DNA of 57,775 nt, filler included, from Sphacelaria rigidula (Eukaryota): the NCBI GenBank assembly GCA_964200075.2. It is 8 parts of 8 records of this genome, joined end to end, with 100 filler letters (N's around TTAATTAATTAA, not from the genome) between each part and the next. Parts side by side here need not be neighbours in the genome. Positions count along the whole stretch, not along the records: positions 50,643 to 57,775 come from CAXNAA020016318.1; 7 more parts are not named here. One strand, 5' to 3'. The notes under the pieces are model-generated. The model searched no databases. It saw only the letters and a list, made by a program, of their open reading frames with translations, and was not told the DNA's origin. Position 1 is the first letter of the stretch; every line of letters starts with the position of its first letter. The translations under genes and the position numbers were made by a program. Of this stretch, positions 50,645-57,775 are shown piece by piece.

Positions 50645-50735
50645 TGGACCGCGGTGCCCGTAGTCCATCTGGACCACGCGTGTACTTTTTCCAAGTGAAT
50701 ATTGATGCCGATTCAGCAGGTGACCTACTCTCGCG
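50645..50735. repeat. Dispersed repeat, second copy at 52420-52500
   Basis: GACCGCG.TGC..GTAGTCCATCTGGA...GATGCCGAT.CAGCAGG.GACCTACTCTC is present in both. Confidence 0.7.
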
Positions 50736-52893
50736 GTCTAACGGTTAACTCCTGCTGCGGGGGTTTGGGGGGGGAAAATACTTTCGCCCTGTGTTACTCT
50801 TTCGCATTTTCCTTGCAATAGAGAAATGGGACTTCAACCTCATTTTTTGTTTCAACCCCAAAATTAAAAATCGGCTGTTATTCCTGAATTGAGCAGTGTG
50901 AGTCGAAAATCATGACCGAAGAGTCTGACCAAAGAGTCTGCCCAAAGAGTCTGACCAAAGAGTCATTGGACGTGTGAAAGCTTCAACCTTTCAAGGGTCA
51001 GACGAAACATCGCTGGTTCGAATCACCAAATAGACACTTGCCGAGGCCTGATTGATCCAAAGCAGGAATATAGTTGGTCATGGGACAAAATATCCTCCAT
51101 GCAATTTTTCGCGTCATTCCACGTGCCTGGGGCGGTGCAACGCTGAAAACAAAGCCCGAGGATTGATTCGTACGGTATGAATCAATTACGTCAAAAGCAA
51201 GTCATTTTCAACTGAATCATTACTCGTCCGACCCTTGCAACCTTTCATCTGTTCTTGACCAAGTCTGTACTGGCTATGGTCGTTTGTCAACAATCATAGC
51301 ATCATTTTGATTGTTGGTATGTGTCGCCAGTGCGAGAGGGTGTGATGACTCATGTTCTAACGCGAGGATTCATCTCCGACCAACAAAACTACATCCACAA
51401 TTACCATATATACTGGGACGGCGCGCTGTTGTTTTCGCCACATCTACCTTTATTTTAGCTTCTGCCCTCCTTCCCGATACGAGTCAGTAGTTTCAAGAGA
51501 GCAACCCCCACCGATCCCCCGGTATCTGCCTGACATCTGGTATTGCGGATTGGTTCAGCACTCACGCATTGGATCCGCTTTCGTCGTATCCTCAAGCTTT
51601 CAGGGGCGGAAAATATATTTCGCTCAAAAATATCATATCTGCGGCGGTTCGAACCCACAACCTCCTGTCGCAAATCGATAGCAATGGTCTACAGGTGAAG
51701 GATGCCAGTCCGTGGGCACCCGAGCACTCTCGGGCTCATGCACACTTGAGTACCAACGATTCGAACCGAGTTCGTAATATGCGCACCGCGCTCAGCAGCG
51801 AAGAGAATGCAAGTCGTCACACGTGCAATCAAATCATGCTGCAGGTTGTCACGCAAGTGCTCAAAGCAGTATGATCTGCATGCAAGTCAGGCTCGCTTCA
51901 GACGAAGATCAGAGATGCCTCTGGAAAACAGCCCCGTAGATGGCGTAGATGTTTCTTGTATTATCGGCGACAATATCAATTGCTGCTTTGCTGACTGAGA
52001 TTAGTTCCCGAACACGTTGTGCCAACATGAGGATCGCGAGAATAAAATTTGAATCGCTATAAAAACGGAGTATGATCCATTGTATACCAAGCATAACAAA
52101 ACTATGACGCATGGAAAGTAGTCCGACTGGAAAATGACGGACAAATCCGGAAAACTCCCTCTCTATCTACATAACTGGCCGTTAGTGTGCCAGGTGGACC
52201 CCGTGGGCGCGGCGGCCTACGTACACGTGGAAAATTAATCGTGAACGTGCCGCGTATCTACCCGGTCACGGGAGTACGATTATAGTTCGCCCGAAGATTT
52301 GAGTGTGAGAGCACGTCTCCTGCAACCAAGTGTGGCGCAAGGTTGGGTGAACCGTGCATGTGTGTTGTGCACGAAGAATGAGGCAAATGCGCCACCACCA
52401 CACGTAACTTAACCCTCAGACCGCGATGCGGGTAGTCCATCTGGATCACACATGATTCCTTTAAGTAAAATCGATGCCGATGCAGCAGGCGACCTACTCT
52501 CAACGACGTTTTCGTGATTTGAGAGTAGAGCGCTGATTGAGAGTGGTTGTGATCATTCGCTTTGACTTGGCCAATTTTTCATTCCATGTGTGGTTTGCTC
52601 TGCCTCTATCACTAGCGTGTGCTTACAGCTACAGGTCGATATCCTGCTCGGGGATATCAAGGGCCTCAGTGGCAAGCTACTACAGAAAACGTATCGGGTC
52701 TTGTGGAGGGGCATTTCGGAACTAAAACGATTCATTCACTATTTGATCTATTTTCACTCTCCATCGTATCCTCTACAGCGGACCCTCTACTCTCAATCTC
52801 ACGAAAACATTGTTTCTCGCGGTCCAAGGGTTAAGGGCAAGCGTCGTAAAAATAGAGTGATAGATGATGAAGTCGTTTCTTCTCAAGCTTCAC

Positions 52894-53487
52894 CTTGTTT
52901 TTCCAGAAGTCAATCTCAACGTCAGGAGTTGGGTGCATCCCTTGCTTCAGCTGGCTCTCTGGGTCTTGCTTTAGAACCGACTTGATCTGTTTCGTCCACG
53001 TAATGATTGCACCCTCCAGCAAGGAAATACGATTCTTTCCACTGGATGCCCCCCCAATGTCCATCGGTGGCATCGGAAGCCGTGTCTCGCCCTTTATCTG
53101 CCCACAAAGAATGGTGGTGCTGGAAAGGAACCCATAAAATCTGTCCATGATTTCTCTCGTCGGTACCTCTCCCCATCTCGCCTGATTCTGTGCGTTGGAG
53201 AGGATTGGCAAAAATACTTCGTGTGCCAGGAGCTCAAGATGTTCAAATGGTGTGTTCCCACCCATTTCCATCACCATAACTTCTCGCGCGATCCCTGCTG
53301 ACGTGACGGCTCCTCGGAGAACCTTCATAAAAATCAGGGTTTTGCCCTTCGGAACCTTCTTCGGCATCACCGTTTCGCACTTGAGCGACTCCGGGCAGAA
53401 GAGAAACGCCCGTTCTTCAACATCGAGGAAGTCGGCAATCTTTTGTTGGTTATCTTCCGTCTGAAAAGCCTTGGTGAATTTTGGGCC
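52894..53487 (-). CDS. Axonemal dynein heavy chain (outer-arm beta type, DNAH9/11/17/ODA4-like), exon 2, start of DHC_N1
   Basis: cag|GPKF...EVFLPILSNAQNQARWGEV...GQIKGETRLPMPP...LEGAIITWTKQIKSVLKQDPE...HPTPDVEIDFWKNK|gtgaag; 594 nt, phase 0. Confidence 0.93.
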
Positions 53488-53899
53488 CTGTTTTCGGTCC
53501 CGATTCGATGAACGTACAGTACAGGCAGGGCATGCAACGTGCATACGGCAAACAAAGCAAGCGTATTAGCGGTGCGGCGCTGTGCATATTTACTGTCACT
53601 GTATGTAGGCGATGTAGCACGCTCGAGGGGCGCTTCTAGTATACTACTCAAGGACTACAGCCAGTACTCGCCGTAGATAATACCCGTTCTCCTCGAGTTA
53701 CCACTCCATGCGCGATGGCGTCGAGCGATAGGCTATTTCTCAAGCATGCCATTCCGAGAAGCGCTTGTTGCAGCATCGTATACCGTTTGTATGGTGTGTA
53801 TGGATATCATGTTTTGGTACACCAACTGGCCTATGCATTGCAGCCTACACCCCTCGTGTTTCGTGCACGATTCAGGTTCGTTCGCAAAAATGTACCCAC

Positions 53900-53986
53900 C
53901 ACCATTTTTGGAAAGGTGGCCTGCACACGCGTAGATATATAGTCGACTCTAGTATCAGTCCGCGCTGCGCCTTCATCGTCACCCAT
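53900..53986 (-). CDS. Dynein heavy chain first coding exon
   Basis: AAAATG start, MGDDEGAARTDTRVDYISTRVQATFPKMV|gtgggt, in phase with exon 2 across a 412-nt intron. Too short to appear in the ORF track. Confidence 0.8.
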
Positions 53987-54829
53987 TTTGGCCACCGCCT
54001 CCTGGGCGCGGACTCGACTGTTTCGACGCAGTCACGGCGGATCAAATAGAGATCGAGACAACAGCCGGTCGAACGTAGGTTTTAAAAAACCGTTACACAC
54101 AGCCAAAATATCGTTGGAAACCCCTGTGCTGTGATAGATAACACCCCCGTAAACTCTATATCTGTTCTGTTAGATCAAATACAAATATGACGGGGCGTTG
54201 CATTCTATTCCGCCCATTTCACATCAGAGAAGGCATTGGCATTGCCCTCCGAAGTTTCAGCAGAAAATTACGAGCTGAAGGACAAGTCAGGAACGACAGA
54301 GAGATTTACTTCTTCTGTGTATCATATATATGTATACCACCCTCCTTCGGAGAGATGAACTTATACTTTTTTTCTTGAAACGATCAACTCGATACGAGAA
54401 AATTGGAGACTAGAGGTTCTGAGTAGGTGAATAATAACATCATTAATTAGCCACTCAAGTATGCATGATTCGGCGGAAGCAATATGGGATCATGAAGAAA
54501 ATGTGCATTGTCTCTTTTTTAGAGGGGAAGTTCATGGAAGATGACGTAGGCACCAAACGACCGAGCGGGTGCGAGAACCAAAGGGTATGACTTGTGACTT
54601 GTGAAGAATTCATACCCCTTGGCGAGAACTTTTATGCTGCAAGTTGCAGATCGACCACAGAGGACACGCTGACCCGCGTGGCAGAAGCAACGTTGTTAAG
54701 CCTCCAAAATTTGCTTTACCGGGTGCATCTCGATCGTGTGCTGTTTCGCTACTGGAGCGGGGAAGGAAGCAGTTGATATTTTTCAGTATATTCACATCAG
54801 GAAGTTGATCACATTGACAGCGGAAAATC

Positions 54830-55340
54830 AGCCTTCGTGCACTGCCAGATGTTCAAGAACCCTCACGGCACGGATGGGGTTGGAGGGATAGGCAAACGGC
54901 GCGGGATTGGAGTGTCTGCCGGAGAGCATGTGCAAGTCTCCAGAGATGTCGGCGGTGGTTCGGCAAAAAAGGTGGGCTACCGTTTCTGTGCACTGCAACG
55001 AAAGCAGGTTCGGGATTCATGTGTAGGGCAGCCGGTAGGCGCGTGGCGATTGTGTGTTGAAGGGCCGAAAGGCCTTTGCAACAAAATACACGAGCCCGGT
55101 GGTCTGCTCCAGTTCGTTGCAGCTCATTCGTTGGCAGACAGTGAAGCACCGAAGGGTCTTTTTTGCAAATGCTTGTTTGTGGTGTGCCAGATGAGTCCAG
55201 CATGTAGTCTCGCGTCGTCTTGTCTGTCGTGTCGTCTACCGTACAATAACAGCTGGGCCGGTGGAACACGACGTATCACCATCAAACACCTTTCGGGCAC
55301 TGCACAACGACACCTCACCGCGCTCTGTATTCGCTCGTTT
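54830..55340 (-). mobile_element. Possible hAT transposase N-terminal relic
   Basis: CAVPERC ... TCWTHLAHH (BED-finger-like) followed by LVYFVAKAFRPFN (hAT F(I/V)....RPF motif); broken frames. Confidence 0.4.
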
Positions 55341-56514
55341 TCCCTGTCACGTCCCTGTCACTGACCTCTTCAACATGGAAACACTGTAATTACTTGCAAC
55401 ACCGGAGGAAAGGATCATGCATTCCCAGGTTGACAAGCTACGATAGAGGGGACAGTGTACGTACTGCATGTTCTGTTCTGCCTGTAGTCAACAGCAACGC
55501 ACTGGAAAAACGTTACTCCCAGTGGTTTGCTGAATAAACGATCGAGCACCAGCCAGGTCGTCTGCCGAATAGTCAACAGCAACGCACTCTTGGTAACCGA
55601 TCGTGATAATCGGTCCGACATGATGCTGACTTGTTTCTTGTATGCACACTGAGCAAATGAGGGTACCTCTTGTGTGGCATAACTAACTGCAAACGAAGAG
55701 CTTGATGGAATCTCAGCGATGACGTTCACTTTCGTGTGCAATGTTAATCTTGGTTTCCTTTTGGGGAGGCGTGCCTCCTCACTCACGTACGCGCATCTCT
55801 ACGCTGTAACTCAATATGTGTAAACTTGGCCGTGTGAAGATCCGTCTGTCCGCCCAACAAATTGCCACTACTATTGTTTGTAGTGCTATTAATATATTTA
55901 TGGTGAAGACATATCAATACAGACAGTGGGTAGTACCAGACGATCCGATGGCGATTCACCTCTACAACAGCCCAGTACAGTTGAAGTATGCAGCGCAGCA
56001 GAGCGAGCGCCGTAGATACCGACTTCCTGCACGTTTAGTGTCTCAGATATCACGGAGAGACTCGATCAGGCACCTTTCCGATGTGGTCCACGTATCATGG
56101 TATCGTCGTTCGTTGCGTTCAGGCTAATTGTCGTGTGGGAGGGACCAGAGCGTTTTCTCGGGCTATTCGCGCCTTTCCGCCTTGGTCCATGTAAAATCGT
56201 CATCCATCGCTTCCAGGCTTACTCCAGCGAAAAGGGCCAAATTGTGCTTTTGGGCGTTTTTCGCTCGAAGCTTGGGAAGTGGAAGCCTGCCATTTCCAAG
56301 GCTTTTCACTTGCGGGATGAGTTCTCACATGACCACCTTTGAGCCAGTTCAGGAATATGGACACGCGAAAACACACGTGCGCCAGTCATGTGAACACCCT
56401 CGAGGCCGCTTCTGATGGTGTACAAAAAGAAAACTGGATAACTACCTTTTTGGACTCTCTGCGTCGTTCTACGCATTTATGGCCGCTGCTTACAACAGGT
56501 AAAAATAAGAATCC

Positions 56515-57240
56515 GAAAAAAATGCCTTTTCGGAGCGTCGACGTCGTTTTACGCCCCAGAAGAGAGCTAGGCGGAGTTTAACACCTTGGAATTACTTGCT
56601 TCACTAGTTGAGGCAGGTCCAGGACATCTTCCCGTTTTCCGGTGGCCACAGTTTTTATTTTGGCCAAACCATATTTTTCGTCCAAGAATGGTCAAGCCCA
56701 GAGAAGATGGCCATTTTCTCTAGATCTGACCGGTCTTGGGCCAAAATTTCGTTCGGCCAAAATAAAAACTGCTGCCACCGGAAAACGGGGAAACGTCCTG
56801 GAACCGCCTCAACGAGTAAGGCAAGTCAATCCAAGGTGTCAAACTCTGCCAAGCTCTCTTACAGGGCGTAAAACGACGTAAAAGCTTCAAAAATGCACTT
56901 TTCCAAAAATATATATTTGTCTGTTATCAGCAGCGGCCTTGAAGAGGGCTAGGCGGATGTTGACATGTCGGAGTGCCTCGCTGTAGTCGTTGAGACGATT
57001 CCAAGACACCTTCGCGTTTTTCCGTTGGCCACAGCTTTTTGTTGGCCAAGCAAAATTTTTGTGGACTTGACCGGTCTCCGATAGAAACAGGCGGTCTACG
57101 AGAAAATGGAAGTTTGGCCAAAAAAAAACTGTGGCCACCGGAAAACGCAAAAGTGTCCTGAAATCGTCCCAACGAATACATCAAGATTCCAAGGTGTCAA
57201 AATCCGCCTAGCCCTCTTATACGGCGTCGAATGACGCAGT
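56515..57240. repeat. Foldback element of two related tandem palindromes
   Basis: Hairpin 1 ~56520-56900 and hairpin 2 ~56935-57230. Both carry CGTTTT(T)CCG.TGGCCACAG / GCCACCGGAAAACG arms. Confidence 0.8.
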
Positions 57241-57691
57241 AGGTCCAAGAGGGCAGTTTTCAGACGGTTTTTTTTTTTGCCGTAAGAAACGGCCCGACCT
57301 CCCATCCATTAGTTTGACGCCTTAATACCTCAAAGCTTGAAAATACAAAGATGGTGACGGATGACGACCGAGCATAACCACAGCAGTATTGCGCCTCAAG
57401 AAAAAAACAAATTTCTACTTCGATTCCGCGTAAAATAGTCATTGAAAAGGATATGGGAAGGACCAGCTGCAAAGGGCACGCAGTTCACACAGGCGCGCGC
57501 CCCAGACGAACGTTCACCAGTTCAACTGGCGGCACTTCTGACGAGCTGTGTTCAAGGGGGGACCGTGGATGCTAATTTGTCGCCCCAAAGATGACAGTTT
57601 CTCGCGTTCAGTGGTGTTGCTGCTATTGCCCTGCATTCTCTCCTTGAGGCCTCAATGGTTCGCTGATGGTGGTGGTCACGCTGTACGATTA

Positions 57692-57722
<31 letters not shown>

Positions 57723-57775
57723 ACACCCCCCCCCCCCAACCACACTGCGCCACACCACCCCCACAGCCTCACACA

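Overview
Eukaryotic, repeat-rich nuclear DNA, most likely from a brown alga or related stramenopile (inferred from GT-AG introns with C-rich acceptors, the repeat types and the proteins). The window is not one locus. It is eight unrelated ~7.13 kb scaffolds in decreasing size order, joined by artificial 100-nt N44-TTAATTAATTAA-N44 spacers. Three host genes are partly present: a FAN1-like nuclease (minus, 23479-26435), five exons of PP4 regulatory subunit 3 (SMEK/PSY2; plus, 43533-50254) and the first two exons of an axonemal outer-arm beta-type dynein heavy chain (minus, 52894-53986). The rest is mostly transposon debris: Copia RT/RNase H, Gypsy chromovirus integrase, tRNA-derived SINEs, non-LTR 3' ends, MITEs and foldback elements. 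The best-supported unusual signal is a family of short 5'-truncated insertions ending in ...TGAGTACG-poly(C). They land at C-runs and carry 12, 17 and 19 bp target duplications, which points to a poly(C)-tailed retroposon. Also notable are a tetraloop-rich structured 3' UTR, a long-TIR element carrying an unknown ORF fragment, and a MITE carrying telomere-like repeats. All protein family calls are by eye and from memory; no searches were run.
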